The notes under the pieces: generated by a model
Told to the model about the DNA's origin: nothing
What the model saw: the letters and a program-made list of their open reading frames with translations, nothing else
Databases searched by the model: none
Translations under genes and position numbers: made by a program
Virus record (IMG/VR): IMGVR_UViG_2744054452_000001
Coordinates: 16,516 to 80,515 of that record
Direction: 5' to 3' (one strand)
Length of the DNA stretch: 64,000 nt
Source: a virus
Lineage: Duplodnaviria > Caudoviricetes
Shown here: one piece after another, positions 9,114 to 20,300 of the stretch
Numbering within the stretch: position 1 is the first letter of the stretch
Layout: every line of letters begins with the position of its first letter

Positions 9114-9605
9114 TTAACCGCCTGTTTGTTCGTAGTTGAACCAAGTTCTGTAGCCAGTGTTGAGATACGCGGCCTTTCCATTTGCAAAGGTCACATAGAT
9201 TTGAATGTCATGCCCGACCGGGCCGCCGGAGCCGAATGCGCTAATGTTGATCTGGGCAGCGCCAGCAACGCTGCACTGCATAAGGAGCTCATAGCCGGGG
9301 GTATAGGCGGTTGACGCCCAATTGGTCATATTTGCGAAAACAACGGATGTAATGGCTCCATTGTTTGTGGCGACGTATATGTAGGCTCCGCTTGTCCCCC
9401 TCTGCTCGTAGTAGTCGAGCCATGTAATTCCCGACACGTAGGCATAGGAGTTGGTCTTTCCCTGCAGGTTCGCCATGGAAATGGAGCCGCTTGGCACGCC
9501 GGCAAGGGAGCGCACTCGTGAGTCGTTCAGATTGAGCCCGCCTGCGCCGATGCCAAGCTCAGCGGCAACTTGCGCCATAGTGATCTGGCCTGTTGGAAGA
9601 GTCAT
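9114..9605 (-). CDS. small tail-tip/adhesin-like protein
   Basis: MTLPTGQITMAQVAAELG...RSLAGVPSGSISMANLQGK N-terminal module, directly downstream of the fibre. Confidence 0.6.
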   Translation of the reverse strand: MTLPTGQITMAQVAAELGIGAGGLNLNDSRVRSLAGVPSGSISMANLQGKTNSYAYVSGITWLDYYEQRGTSGAYIYVATNNGAITSVVFANMTNWASTAYTPGYELLMQCSVAGAAQINISAFGSGGPVGHDIQIYVTFANGKAAYLNTGYRTWFNYEQTGG

Positions 9606-9644
9606 GATGGGCGGCCATGGCCGCCCTCCTTTCCTTGTAAGAAT

Positions 9645-12600
9645 TTACTTTGTACGAATGGCCGCTTCGAGGCTTGCCAGGCGCAGTTCAAGCGCTTGGT
9701 TTTTCTCGTCCAGCTCCTTGATCGCCTCGACCAAATGAGGCACCAAGCGCTCGTACTTGAGGGTCAGGTAGAACTTGCCGGTTTTGGATTCGCCCTTCAC
9801 CGCTGTACGGTCGAATGGAGCCTGCTCAACCACCTCGGGAATGATCGCCTGCACGTCCTGAGCCAGCAGGCCGACCTCGGCCTTTTCCGGGTCGTAGCCA
9901 TACTTCGCGCCCAGCTTGTTGGCGTGGTAGTGGTAGCCGGTCAGCTGTGCAACGGCTGCCAGCGCACCCTTGATCGGCTTGAGCTTGGTCTTGAGGCGCT
10001 TGTCGGAGTAGTAGGCGGTGACGTTGCCCGTGAACGCGCCCTCATTGCCGACATACAGCGCCTTGCCGTTGTAGACCCGCACCCAGGTGGAGTCCTGCAT
10101 CATCATGCCGCCGCCGTATGACTCGCTGTACCAGCCGCAGTTGCCGGTCGTGCGCAGCCAGTCGCTCACGTAGATGCGGGTCGCGTTAACGCTATTGGCA
10201 ACATTCCAGTTGCCGCTGTTGTCCATTGCGCAGCCGCCGACATTTGGCTTGTAAAAGCCGATTGCGCCGGAGTTGCCATATGCATAGCCGCCACTGCTCG
10301 TGAAGAACAACTGCCCTTCACCAGAAGATGTGATCTTTACAGAGCCCGTGACCTCCAGACCGTTGCTGTCGGCACGCAGAAGCTGTGTGGTTACGTTGGT
10401 GCCCGCATTGATGTTGGCAGCACTTGCCCACGACAAATGCCAGCTTTCGCCAAGTTGACCGATGGCAAAGGAGTTGCCACCAGCTGTCTTTTGCGATGCC
10501 CATGCGTGCCAGGAGGATGCAGTGGAGGGGCTGAACACAATAGCGGCCTGGCCGCGGCCGGTGCCGTCAATCCACGATGCGGCGGCTGTTGGCAGCGTCA
10601 TAGCGCCCGACACATTGGCAGAGCCGTCGAAGCTCACGCCATTGATGGTGCGCTCGATAGCCAGTTTGGTCGCCGTGCTGGCGTTGCCTGTCAGCGGGCC
10701 GTTGAAACCAGCCGCGAACACCTGGCCAGCAAAGCCAGCGCCGCCCTTGACGATCAGGGAGCCAGTTGTTGTGCTGGTTGCGGCAGTCGTGGCATTGACG
10801 CGCAAAATACCGCTCAGCAAGTTCTCAGACTCGCCGGTCGAATAGATGCCATAGCGCACCCCGGAGAATGTGCCCGAGATACCGACCTTGATGCCATATG
10901 CGGTCGTTGCCGTGCCCGCCTGATTGCGCACATATGCCTCGTAGCCAATCATGTTGGTGGCGACAGCGGTGGAGTTATTCAGGTGGGGGTAGCTGTAGTT
11001 GCCAATGACAGTCGTAGCGGTCTGGTTGGCAGCACTCAACAGCGAGTAACCGCGCACGCCCTCAATGCGGCCGGTGACTTGCTCGGTGACAGTGCCTCCT
11101 GTTGGCTGTGAGACGACCGCATAACCCCGCACACCGTACAGCTCCTGGGTATGTGCACCGTCAATCGCATCCTGCGCCTCAAAGTGACCCGCAACGGTCG
11201 TCATGTTGAACCCCAGCTCCTTGCCGTTGGCATAGGTGAGGTAAGAGCGAATGCGGGCATATTCCCCGTAAGCGGTACGGGACGCCGTCAGTGCCCCGTC
11301 CTTCACATCGACAAGAATGCGGGAGCCGAAGGGGCTGGAGTTTGCCACGATGGTGTTCTGCAGCACGTCAAGCTGGACACTCGATGCGGAAGACGTGCCA
11401 ATACCAACGCGATCACCAAAGACGCTGACGCCCTTGACGCCCACACCGCCCAGCACACGCAGGGCGCCATCAGTTGCGTCAGTCTTGCTCGCAATAGAGG
11501 TGCTTCGGATGGTTGCTGCAGCGGTGGTCTCAAACATCGAGGCGACAACCTGGAGCACGCCGCCGGCCGAGCCCGTCGTGCCGCCGTAAGCCATGATGCG
11601 GGAGTCGTAATCGACAACAGACGTTCCACTGTGGAAGTCGATATAGGGCGTGGTCGCCACGGTGCCGTTGATGTCGCCAATCTCGATAGCTGCGCTCTTG
11701 CCGGTTGCCACGATGGAGAGTGAGTCGCTGATCGTTGGGCTGGTACTCAGCACCACGTTACCCGAGCCGGTTGACGTGGTGGTGCCGGTGCCGCCGCGGG
11801 CGACGGGAAGGGTGCCGGCGCTGATGTTCCCTGCGTTCAGCGAGGTCAGGGCCGCGCCGTTGCCGCTGAATGTGGATGCCGCGAGGTTGCCGTCCCAAAT
11901 ACCATTGCCGTTTTCATCCAGCAGCACCGCGTTCTTGCTAACCGAGTTCGTGTTGGCATCGACGTTGGCCTTGGTCATGTAGTAGGCGCGCAGCGTGCCC
12001 TGGTAGGTCGCAAGACCAATGGAGCCACTGGTCGTATTACCAGCCAGGAACGGCATGAACGCACCAGCTGTCGAGTTCGACGGCTGCAGGATGGAGCCAC
12101 CTGCGCGCAGGCTTGCAACGTAGCTCGTGCCAGTTGCAGAGGTGAAGCCATTGATCGTAGAGACCTGGCCGGGGAAGTTCGTGTTGCCGTTCTCGTCCAA
12201 GAGCGCGGCCTGGCGCTTGATTGCGGCAAACGATCCCGTGTACTGGCGCACATAAATCTGCTCAGATCCGTCATCGGCAGTGGCCAGCTCGGCAAAGCCG
12301 TTGTTCGTGGACGTGGCACCAACACCCAGGCGGAACGCATCGCTGCCGCCCATCTTCGCGTAGATGATCGGGGCAACCACGTTCGACACATTGGCGGCCG
12401 TCATCGAAATGTAGCTATTGGGGTCGTCAGGAACTACAAACTTCTTGCCTGGTTTCAGCTCCAGGTCGATTGAGTCGGTAAGGACGCGCTCCCATTCAGA
12501 CCAGTCGGAAACAGGCGTTCCCGTTGCGTCGTTGCCGCGAACAAAGAGCGCCTTGCCGTTGTTCAGGATCTGGGCAACGTCATTTCGTGCGGAGCTCCCC

Positions 12601-15600
12601 AGCACCACGCCGCCGAAGTCGGCAGCACCAGTAAAGGGCAGCGAGTCGGCATATGTGTTGGCACTGCTGTCAGTGCTTGAGCGGGAACCATGAAAGAAGC
12701 CAGCGGACAGCACAGTGTTGAGCGACTTGGCTGTTACGTCTTCGATGGATGCCGGCACCACAATGTCGCTTGTGCCGTCGAAGTCCGTGCCGTTGATCGT
12801 GCGAGTGTTCAGCAGCTTGGTGGCGCTGGCCACGTTGCCGCTAACGAACGCAACTTCTTGAGGCGCAGTCCATGAGTATGTGGCTACGTCGCCATGGGCA
12901 CGCACAAAAAGGCGCGTCTTGCCGGATTGCCACTCGTGGTAAATCTCAGTCGTGGCGATGCCCTGATGGCCAACCAGGCGAATGCGATTGCCGTAGGTGA
13001 TCGGGTATCCAGATGCGGTGCCGTTGTAGATGCCGTCAACGTACACGCCTGACGTGAGGCCGTAGGTCGCCGTGCCGGTGGGCATCGCTCCCGAGGCATT
13101 GCCGAGGTATGGGGCGTTGACAGTAATGTTGCCGGTGCCGTCGAACTCCACACCGTTGATGGTGCGTGCCGTCTGCAGCTTGTTTGCCGACTCAACGAGG
13201 GACGTGAGCGACCATGCCTTCCAGGTCTTGCCGCTATCGACCGACCAGCGCATTGCGCTGGCGTAAGGAGCGGTATCGCTCATGGCCTCTTGGACAATGC
13301 GCGGGCCGTTATGGCTGACACGGATCATGCCCCAGCTCGTGAGGTTCGTGCCGCTGATGCTTGGGCCGCCGGGCTGCACGCTCAGACCCTGCTGGCTGAA
13401 ATAGTCACCAGGGGTCACGAGGTTGTCGAGGTTCGCTGTCTTGCTCAGCAGCAAGCCGTCTGTGACGAAGTTGTCGAGCGCGCTCGGCTTGTAGGCGGTG
13501 GCGACCTTACCCATTTCGATCTGGACGTTGTCAACGTCCATGAACACAGGCGTGACTCCGTCGATACCGTTGATGCGGCCGAAATAGACGTAGACGCCAG
13601 TGGTGCCGGCGGGCGCAGGGCCGGCGGCCAGAATACAGCGCTGGAAGTCGGTCTCTGAGCCAATATCAAACGCCCGGCTTGGCGTGCTGATTGTTCCATT
13701 GGAGGCATTGCGCCACTGCAGGTACATGCGGAACGTCGCGCCTACAGTGCCACGGATATGCGAGCTGGCAACAACGAAGTCTCCTGGCTGCGCAGGGATG
13801 GTCGCCGCCGTCACAACGTCCATGTAGCGAGTCGCAGAGAGCTTTTCCCCGTACATGCGGAATGCCACGGAGCTTTGGGCCAGGGGTGACTCGACATAGG
13901 AGCGCGTCACCTTCTCGCCAGAAACCGCGCTGGTGCCCGCAATGCTGGAGCCAAAACCCTTCGGTGACACGGTCACTGTGCCTACCAGTGGCTCGCCCTC
14001 TTCTGTCCTTGCCTCAAAGCTGGAGTTGACCTGCAGGTTCGCACCGCCGACCGAAAGGGAGCTGTTGAGCACGTTGGAAAGGAGATCCGGCGACAGCTGC
14101 GCCTCCGGAACGAAACCGCCGGAGTCGAGCGTTGCAACGCCGCTCTTTGCCCCCGCCTTGTTGGCATCGAGCTTGGCGTTCAGGGCGGTCTGGGTCGCTG
14201 TGCTGATCGGCTTGTTGGCGTCAGACGTGTTGTTCACGTTGCCCAGGCCAAGGTCTGCGAGCGTCCATGCGATGTTTGCAGAGCCGTCGAATGAACGTGC
14301 CGTCGATCCGATGGTCACTGTGCGCGCTGTGGTCAGCTTCGCCGCGCTCCCGGTTGTGTTTTGGTTGCCGGTGGTGTTGACGCCAGGAAGGTCAATATTC
14401 GCGGTGCCGTCGAAGTTCACACCGCCAATAGAGCGCACCGTTGCCAGCTTGGCAGCAGCGGTTGCCGTGCCGCGTGATGTTGTGACGTTCTCGGCCCAAT
14501 CGGTGAAAACCCAGCCAGATGCGCCGCGAGCGCCAGTGCGCGACCAGGACGTGTTGCCGGAATAGACCGTCTGAATTACAGCAGAGCCAGCGTCATACAG
14601 GCGCCGAATGATGTGAATGACGCCCGTGTAAGAAGCGCTCGCGCCCAATGGGCCGTTGGTGTACGTACCGGACAGGGTATAGAAGCCGCCTGCCGTGGCC
14701 GTCACCATGGTGTCGAAGTCGGTTCCGCCGTCTGTGGCTGCCCCGCCGTTGCCTGGCGCATTGCGTGCCTGGGCAACGCCTAGCGCAACCAGTGCGCTCA
14801 GAGGCGCCTCACCAGTCAGCATCGACGCATCCAGCGCAGTCACAGGGATGATCGCGTTGCCAGAGCCGTCGAATACGGTCGCCGTACCAGTTGCCGCGCC
14901 AGCCATCGAAATGGTGCGGGCGGTCTGCAGCTTGGTGGCGGTGCCGGCATTGCCCGACACGGCCAGGGGCGGGTCATTGGTTGTATAGACCCGCTCCCAT
15001 GCACTCCACTCATTGACGCCGTAGAACGCACGCTGGTAGGTTTTTCGTCCAGAGTCAGAGCGGTAGGTCGTCAGCTCTTGGATGTAGCCGGCGGCGCGCC
15101 ACACGCGCAGAGAAAATGCCTCTCCCGTGGGGCAATTCAGCAGTGTTGCTGCCGTCACGTTGGCGGCGCAGTAGTACGCCCCTTCGTTTTTGAAGTCGTT
15201 GAGGTCTTGATTGGACGCGATGGGCACGCCCTGCCACTGCAGAGCGATATTGCTGGTGCCATCGAAGTTCACACCGTTGATGGTTCGCGCGGTCTGCAGC
15301 TTTGTCGCTGTGGCGGCGTTACCGGTGGTGCTCTGGTTGCCGGCAGTGTTCACGCCTGGCAGGTTGATGTTCGCCGTACCGTCGAAGCTCACACCGCCGA
15401 TCGTGCGGGCAGTCTGCAGCTTGGTGGCGCTAGCCACGTTGTCGGTCTTGGTAGCGGCACCAACATCAGCAGCCGACAGCACGACCGCCCCGGTCTTGCC
15501 GTTGACGGTCGTTACAGCCGCGGAATTGTTGATGCGGTAGAAGGCCGCCAGCACCTTGGAGTAGATCAGGAAGTCGCCTGCCTCGTACAGCACGCCACTC

Positions 15601-16688
15601 ACGGTTCCACCGACCTGGACGCGCCAGATAGAGGCAAGGCCAGGGGTTGCTGGATACTTTCCCGTGCTCAGATCCACGCCGCCCATTTCAGCGAACGAGT
15701 TCTGGACGCTGCCGACGATCGAACGTGCGGTGTCCTCGCTCTCTTTGGCGGCTGCAGCAGAAGCCGCTGCAGCGGTCTCGCTGGTCTTTGAGTTGGTCTC
15801 GCTGGTCTTTGCATTCAGCGCAGACGCCGCGGCGTTCGATGCGCTGTTGCTCGCCTCCGTTGCCTTGGACGATGCGGTCGATGCACTGCCGGCGGCCGCA
15901 GTTTGGCTGGCGGCAGCGTTGGTTTCGCTGGTCTTGGCCGCAGTTTGGCTGGCGGCAGCGTTGGTTTCGCTGGTCTTGGCCGCAGTTTGGCTGGCGGCAG
16001 CCGCAGTTTGGCTGGCAGCAGCAGCAGTTTTGCTCGATGCGGCGTTGGTCTCGCTGGTCTTGGCGTTGGTCTCGCTGGTCTTAGATGCCGTCTGGCTGGT
16101 TTTTGCCTGGTCGGCGTAGTATTTGGCACCGTAACCCTGGCCAGTCACCACTTCTGAGGTGGTCTGTGTTGCCCACTTTTGTGCCTGTGCCGCACTGGAG
16201 CTGGAGCTGGTTGCGCTCGCGGCGGCATTACCGGCGCTGGCTGCAGCATTGGTCTCGCTGTTCTTGGCGTTCGTTGCGTGCGTGTTGGACTTGGCGATGT
16301 TTTCAGTCGTGACCGCCATGGCCTCGCTGGCAACGACCGCAGACTCGGCTGCTTTTTCAATCGCCAGATTCGCACTCTCAAGCGCGCTCAGAACGTCCGA
16401 CGAGACAGTTTTGTGGGCATTGATAATGTCTGCCGCAGAGTGCGCCAGCTCACGCGAATAGCCCTGGACAGGGATGATCTCGTAAGGGGCGGTGGTGCTG
16501 GGGCCGGCGTATGCCCTGGCAAGCGTGATCTCAGTTGCCGAGACCACGGTTTTGATTTCGTAGTGTTTGCCGTCCGGGCCCACGAAGGCTTCACCGCGCT
16601 CAATGTTGTCAACAAAGTTGGCGAGCGAGCAAATGACCTTCGCGGAACCGTTCACGACGGTAGCGTTACCGCGCTTGTACCATTCCAT
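9645..16688 (-). CDS. long tail fibre with C-terminal intramolecular chaperone (S74-like)
   Basis: Stf-like AAASETNA repeats, eight KLxTxRTI-type repeats, knob-like modules, and C-terminal SDKRLK...GLLAQDV...YERLVP.LVEAIKEL. Confidence 0.9.
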   Translation of the reverse strand: MEWYKRGNATVVNGSAKVICSLANFVDNIERGEAFVGPDGKHYEIKTVVSATEITLARAYAGPSTTAPYEIIPVQGYSRELAHSAADIINAHKTVSSDVLSALESANLAIEKAAESAVVASEAMAVTTENIAKSNTHATNAKNSETNAAASAGNAAASATSSSSSAAQAQKWATQTTSEVVTGQGYGAKYYADQAKTSQTASKTSETNAKTSETNAASSKTAAAASQTAAAASQTAAKTSETNAAASQTAAKTSETNAAASQTAAAGSASTASSKATEASNSASNAAASALNAKTSETNSKTSETAAAASAAAAKESEDTARSIVGSVQNSFAEMGGVDLSTGKYPATPGLASIWRVQVGGTVSGVLYEAGDFLIYSKVLAAFYRINNSAAVTTVNGKTGAVVLSAADVGAATKTDNVASATKLQTARTIGGVSFDGTANINLPGVNTAGNQSTTGNAATATKLQTARTINGVNFDGTSNIALQWQGVPIASNQDLNDFKNEGAYYCAANVTAATLLNCPTGEAFSLRVWRAAGYIQELTTYRSDSGRKTYQRAFYGVNEWSAWERVYTTNDPPLAVSGNAGTATKLQTARTISMAGAATGTATVFDGSGNAIIPVTALDASMLTGEAPLSALVALGVAQARNAPGNGGAATDGGTDFDTMVTATAGGFYTLSGTYTNGPLGASASYTGVIHIIRRLYDAGSAVIQTVYSGNTSWSRTGARGASGWVFTDWAENVTTSRGTATAAAKLATVRSIGGVNFDGTANIDLPGVNTTGNQNTTGSAAKLTTARTVTIGSTARSFDGSANIAWTLADLGLGNVNNTSDANKPISTATQTALNAKLDANKAGAKSGVATLDSGGFVPEAQLSPDLLSNVLNSSLSVGGANLQVNSSFEARTEEGEPLVGTVTVSPKGFGSSIAGTSAVSGEKVTRSYVESPLAQSSVAFRMYGEKLSATRYMDVVTAATIPAQPGDFVVASSHIRGTVGATFRMYLQWRNASNGTISTPSRAFDIGSETDFQRCILAAGPAPAGTTGVYVYFGRINGIDGVTPVFMDVDNVQIEMGKVATAYKPSALDNFVTDGLLLSKTANLDNLVTPGDYFSQQGLSVQPGGPSISGTNLTSWGMIRVSHNGPRIVQEAMSDTAPYASAMRWSVDSGKTWKAWSLTSLVESANKLQTARTINGVEFDGTGNITVNAPYLGNASGAMPTGTATYGLTSGVYVDGIYNGTASGYPITYGNRIRLVGHQGIATTEIYHEWQSGKTRLFVRAHGDVATYSWTAPQEVAFVSGNVASATKLLNTRTINGTDFDGTSDIVVPASIEDVTAKSLNTVLSAGFFHGSRSSTDSSANTYADSLPFTGAADFGGVVLGSSARNDVAQILNNGKALFVRGNDATGTPVSDWSEWERVLTDSIDLELKPGKKFVVPDDPNSYISMTAANVSNVVAPIIYAKMGGSDAFRLGVGATSTNNGFAELATADDGSEQIYVRQYTGSFAAIKRQAALLDENGNTNFPGQVSTINGFTSATGTSYVASLRAGGSILQPSNSTAGAFMPFLAGNTTSGSIGLATYQGTLRAYYMTKANVDANTNSVSKNAVLLDENGNGIWDGNLAASTFSGNGAALTSLNAGNISAGTLPVARGGTGTTTSTGSGNVVLSTSPTISDSLSIVATGKSAAIEIGDINGTVATTPYIDFHSGTSVVDYDSRIMAYGGTTGSAGGVLQVVASMFETTAAATIRSTSIASKTDATDGALRVLGGVGVKGVSVFGDRVGIGTSSASSVQLDVLQNTIVANSSPFGSRILVDVKDGALTASRTAYGEYARIRSYLTYANGKELGFNMTTVAGHFEAQDAIDGAHTQELYGVRGYAVVSQPTGGTVTEQVTGRIEGVRGYSLLSAANQTATTVIGNYSYPHLNNSTAVATNMIGYEAYVRNQAGTATTAYGIKVGISGTFSGVRYGIYSTGESENLLSGILRVNATTAATSTTTGSLIVKGGAGFAGQVFAAGFNGPLTGNASTATKLAIERTINGVSFDGSANVSGAMTLPTAAASWIDGTGRGQAAIVFSPSTASSWHAWASQKTAGGNSFAIGQLGESWHLSWASAANINAGTNVTTQLLRADSNGLEVTGSVKITSSGEGQLFFTSSGGYAYGNSGAIGFYKPNVGGCAMDNSGNWNVANSVNATRIYVSDWLRTTGNCGWYSESYGGGMMMQDSTWVRVYNGKALYVGNEGAFTGNVTAYYSDKRLKTKLKPIKGALAAVAQLTGYHYHANKLGAKYGYDPEKAEVGLLAQDVQAIIPEVVEQAPFDRTAVKGESKTGKFYLTLKYERLVPHLVEAIKELDEKNQALELRLASLEAAIRTK
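15760..16110. repeat. coding tandem repeats (21/42-bp units) in the fibre Ala/Ser/Thr region
   Basis: GCCGCAGTTTGGCTGGCGGCAGC and TTGGT[CT]TCGCTGGTCTT units encode AAASQTAAKTSETN. Confidence 0.8.
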
Positions 16689-16746
16689 GTTTTTCTTCTT
16701 CTTATGTGGTTGGGCGCGGTAATTCTAAGTCAGTATTGACTTATCT

Positions 16747-17361
16747 TCAATCGCTCGGCCACTCTATCGCCTTGACCGCGTCGATGGTCGTGCAGCAGTT
16801 GATTTGGGCACGCAGGCTGCGGCCGATCGCATGGACAGAGTTTGTGTAGTCACCCAGCTGCGCGCAGATTTCCTGCAGCTCTTCGGCCCCCAGCGAAATT
16901 TCACCGTTGTCGGAGGTCGTCCACTCCACATGGAACCCGGGCACGTTCTGGGCGATCAGGGCATAGGACACGATCTTGCTGCGGCTCGAATCGTCGTTGT
17001 CGATCGGGATGCCGCGCCACTGAAAACCAGTTGCTTCAACGACCGCGCGTCGCTCCTTGATCTCTATCCAGCGAGCAGCCTTCACCTGCGCCAGCGAGCG
17101 CCCCTCGACCCATTCATGGGACACGAAGTCATAGATGGCACCCTCATACGGCGGCATGCCCAGCGAGACAACGACCTTGGCGTCGAAGTCCCAATAGCAT
17201 GTGCCGGAGTTGGCGGCTTGATAGCCATCGTCATCCAGCTCGATGGCGAGCAGTTCATCGCCAAACAGCGATTGGGCGTATTCGGTATCGGGTTCGCCCA
17301 GGGTGACAAGGCGAGCAATCTCGCCTGTCTTGCCCTTGACCCCTGCAAAGTAGCAGGTCAC
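16747..17361 (-). CDS. DUF4376-like tail protein
   Basis: EIK.RR......GF.W.G..ID.D..SR.KI...WTT.DN pattern. Confidence 0.7.
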   Translation of the reverse strand: MTCYFAGVKGKTGEIARLVTLGEPDTEYAQSLFGDELLAIELDDDGYQAANSGTCYWDFDAKVVVSLGMPPYEGAIYDFVSHEWVEGRSLAQVKAARWIEIKERRAVVEATGFQWRGIPIDNDDSSRSKIVSYALIAQNVPGFHVEWTTSDNGEISLGAEELQEICAQLGDYTNSVHAIGRSLRAQINCCTTIDAVKAIEWPSD

Positions 17362-20300
17362 TTTTTGATCTCCTGTAGCATCATTGTTCGATTGGTCACG
17401 CTGAAACCGAGCAGGTTGCCGCCTTCGCCATAGACGCGAATTGCGTATTGCCAGCGGCCAGCGTTTGCGTTGACGATGGTGTCAACGTAAGTGAGCACGA
17501 TTGAGCCCATGCCGTATGCATAGAGCGCGGTGCTGAATGCGCGGCTGTAGCCGATGACCAGGCCAGAGCGCACAACGGTCTCCCCTCCCCAGGGGTCGAT
17601 TCGGATAATGTCGGCCTTGTAGCTCAGGTTGGTGCCCTTGTAGGCCGCAACGTCACCGACCGGACGGAGCAGGAAATTGGCAGTCATCACCAGCTTGAAG
17701 GTGCCGCCGGACGTTCCAGATCCCGAGCAGGTAATGCCGCCGGTCATGATGCGGGCGTCGCCCAGCCAGCCCGTGTCGCCCGAGGCGATAGTTCCACTGA
17801 ACTGGTGATAGATGGCCTGTGTGACCGCCTGGTCTTTGATTTTCAGAGTCTCGACCTGCAGGTTGCCAATCTTCGCGGAGGTAATCACACCGTTCTTGAT
17901 GAACGCCTCGCTGATATAGACGCCGGGGTTGACGGTCTGGCCATTGATCGTGGTCGCGGTCGTCAGCACCTGGAACGGCGTCGATGTAGTGGCCAGGGCC
18001 GAGGTCTCTGGCGTGGCGATGATGAACTTATCGGACGCCACGATGAACGACGAGGTCGGTGCCGCGTTATTGGCCGTCGAGATCAACCCGAACCCGGAGA
18101 CATGCCCCTTGTTGTTGACCTTGACGGAATACTTGGCCTCTGTCCCGCTGATGCTGCTGGCGAGCGTGCTGAACTTTTGCTCCATGGTCACGCTGCCGCC
18201 GCCGGCTGTGTTCAGGCGGGCTGTCAGCTGGGTGATGCTGGTTGCGTTGGCACTGTCGGCGGTGGCACGGGTGCTTTCTTCTTTCGCCAGGCGGGCCTCA
18301 ACGCTGTTCACGGGCTTGCCCGTGGCGTCAAAGGTATTCAGGCGAGAGACCATGTCGGTGATCGACTTTGTGAGCACGCTGTCGGCGTCTGCCCGGGTCT
18401 TCTGTTCTGCTGCCAGCACGGCCTCGTAGGAGCCCGCAGGCTTGCCAGTCGCGCTGTACTTATCCAGGCGGGAGGTCACTGAGTTGATAAGGCTGGTGGT
18501 GGCAGAGTCACCATCTGCGCGCGCGGTCGCCTCGTTCTGAATCAGGTTGGTGGTGCTGGCCAGGTTAGAGGACACCGTGGTGGTCAGATTCGTGATGCGA
18601 GTGCTCAGCGCCGAATCTTCGGTCGCGCGGGTGCGTTCCTCAGTCTGGATCAGTGCCTTGACTGCCGAGTCATTGGCCGTCACGGTCGAGGTCAGATTCG
18701 TGATGCGGGTGCCCAGCGCCGTGTCAGCGGTGATGCGCGACTTTTCCTCTGTCTGAATCAGGGTCGTGAGCTTGGAGTCACCGGCCATGAATTCAGTCTG
18801 GGAGGAATTGATCAGGATCGTCAGTGCCTCGTCGCGCGAGACTCGTGCGGTCGATTCGGTCTGAATCAGTGCGCGAAGAGCTGCCGCCTCGGTGCTCAGC
18901 GAAGCCTGCATTGCCGTGATCGACTTGGTCAGCACGCCATCTGCATCAGCCCGGGCCTTTTGCTCGGCAACGATCAGACCGGACAGGCGCAGGTCTTCGG
19001 CGTCCATGGATACCTGCATGCCGTCGATCCGTGTGGTCATGGCGCTGTCGGCAGTGGTACGGGCAGTTGCCTCGGCCTGGATCAGCGCCCTGGCGGCGGT
19101 GTCGTTGGTCTTGACCGTGGCGGTCAGCTCTGTGACCGTCTTGGCGATAGCCTCGTCTGCCGTGGTGCGCGCCAGGGCTTCGGAGCCGACCGCCGCTGTG
19201 TTGGCGCTGTCGGCCAGTTTCAGCTCGGCATACACGGTGTCGATGCGTTTCCCCAACGCGGTATCGGCGTTGGTGCGAGCAGTGGCCTCAGAACCGACCG
19301 AGGCGGCTGTGGAACTGTCGGCCAGCTTCAGCTCAGCATACACCGTGTCGATACGCTTGCCCAGCGCTGTGTCGGCGGTGGTACGGGCTTCTGTTTCGGT
19401 TTTCACCGCACCCACGCTTGCGGTGTCGCCCGCGAGCATTTCGGCATAGACGGTATCGACACGCTTGCCGAGCGCTTCATCGGCGGCTGCCCGGGCAGTC
19501 TGCTCGGTGGTCACAAGGCCGGTGATGCGCTCGGTCTCAGTGGTCAGTGTTGCCGCCAGCTGCTCGATGCGTGTGCTCAGGGCTCCGTCTGCGGTGGTGC
19601 GTGCGCTCTCTTCAAGGGAGATAAGTGCTTTCAGGCTCTTGTCGAGCGCACCGGTCTGCTCGGCCACCAGGGCATTGACACGGGCAGCCTCGGCGGAGTC
19701 GGCGCTTACGCGAGCGGACTCTTCTGCCTTGATGGATGCCTTAATGTCAACGATCTCCTTGTCACGAGCCACCTGCTGTGCCGCGATCAGCTCGGAGACC
19801 TTGCCGATGGCAGTGTCTGTGTCAGTGGCCAGCTTCACGACCTCTTCACGCAACGAGGCAATGGCATTGGTGGTTGAGTTCTTCACCTCTTCGGTGAGCA
19901 CCACGGAGCGCAGCAGCAAGTCGCCGTCACGCTGCAGCTTCCAGCCCACAGAGCGCAGCTCTTCGCGCAGGCTCACCAGATCGACATTCAGGGCTTCGGA
20001 CAGGGAGGTCAGATCCTCCAGCGCCTCGGGCGTCAGGATGGCAGTCAAGTCACCGATCTTTTCGATCTCGGTGATGACCTCGCTGAAAAAGCCGGTGCGC
20101 TTGAACGATTCCTCAAGGCCATTGAGGATGTCGGTCACGTCTGTGTTGGCCTTGGCCTTCAAGACGCGGTCAGTCGGGTAAAAGTCCGAGTGAATGCCGC
20201 GCTTGTCGATGGCGCGCAGCTTGTACTGGCGCTCGGCACCAGGCGCCAGGTCTTGATGTGTCCATGCCGTCGCCACCGATGGCACGGTCTGCATCAGCTT

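Noticed and set aside
10040-10170. Shufflon / invertible PilV system
   Set aside because: Only a short PilV-like peptide motif; no recombinase or inverted sfx-like sites seen.
8394-17361. Diversity-generating retroelement acting on tail genes
   Set aside because: No reverse transcriptase and no TR/VR pair differing at adenines was seen.
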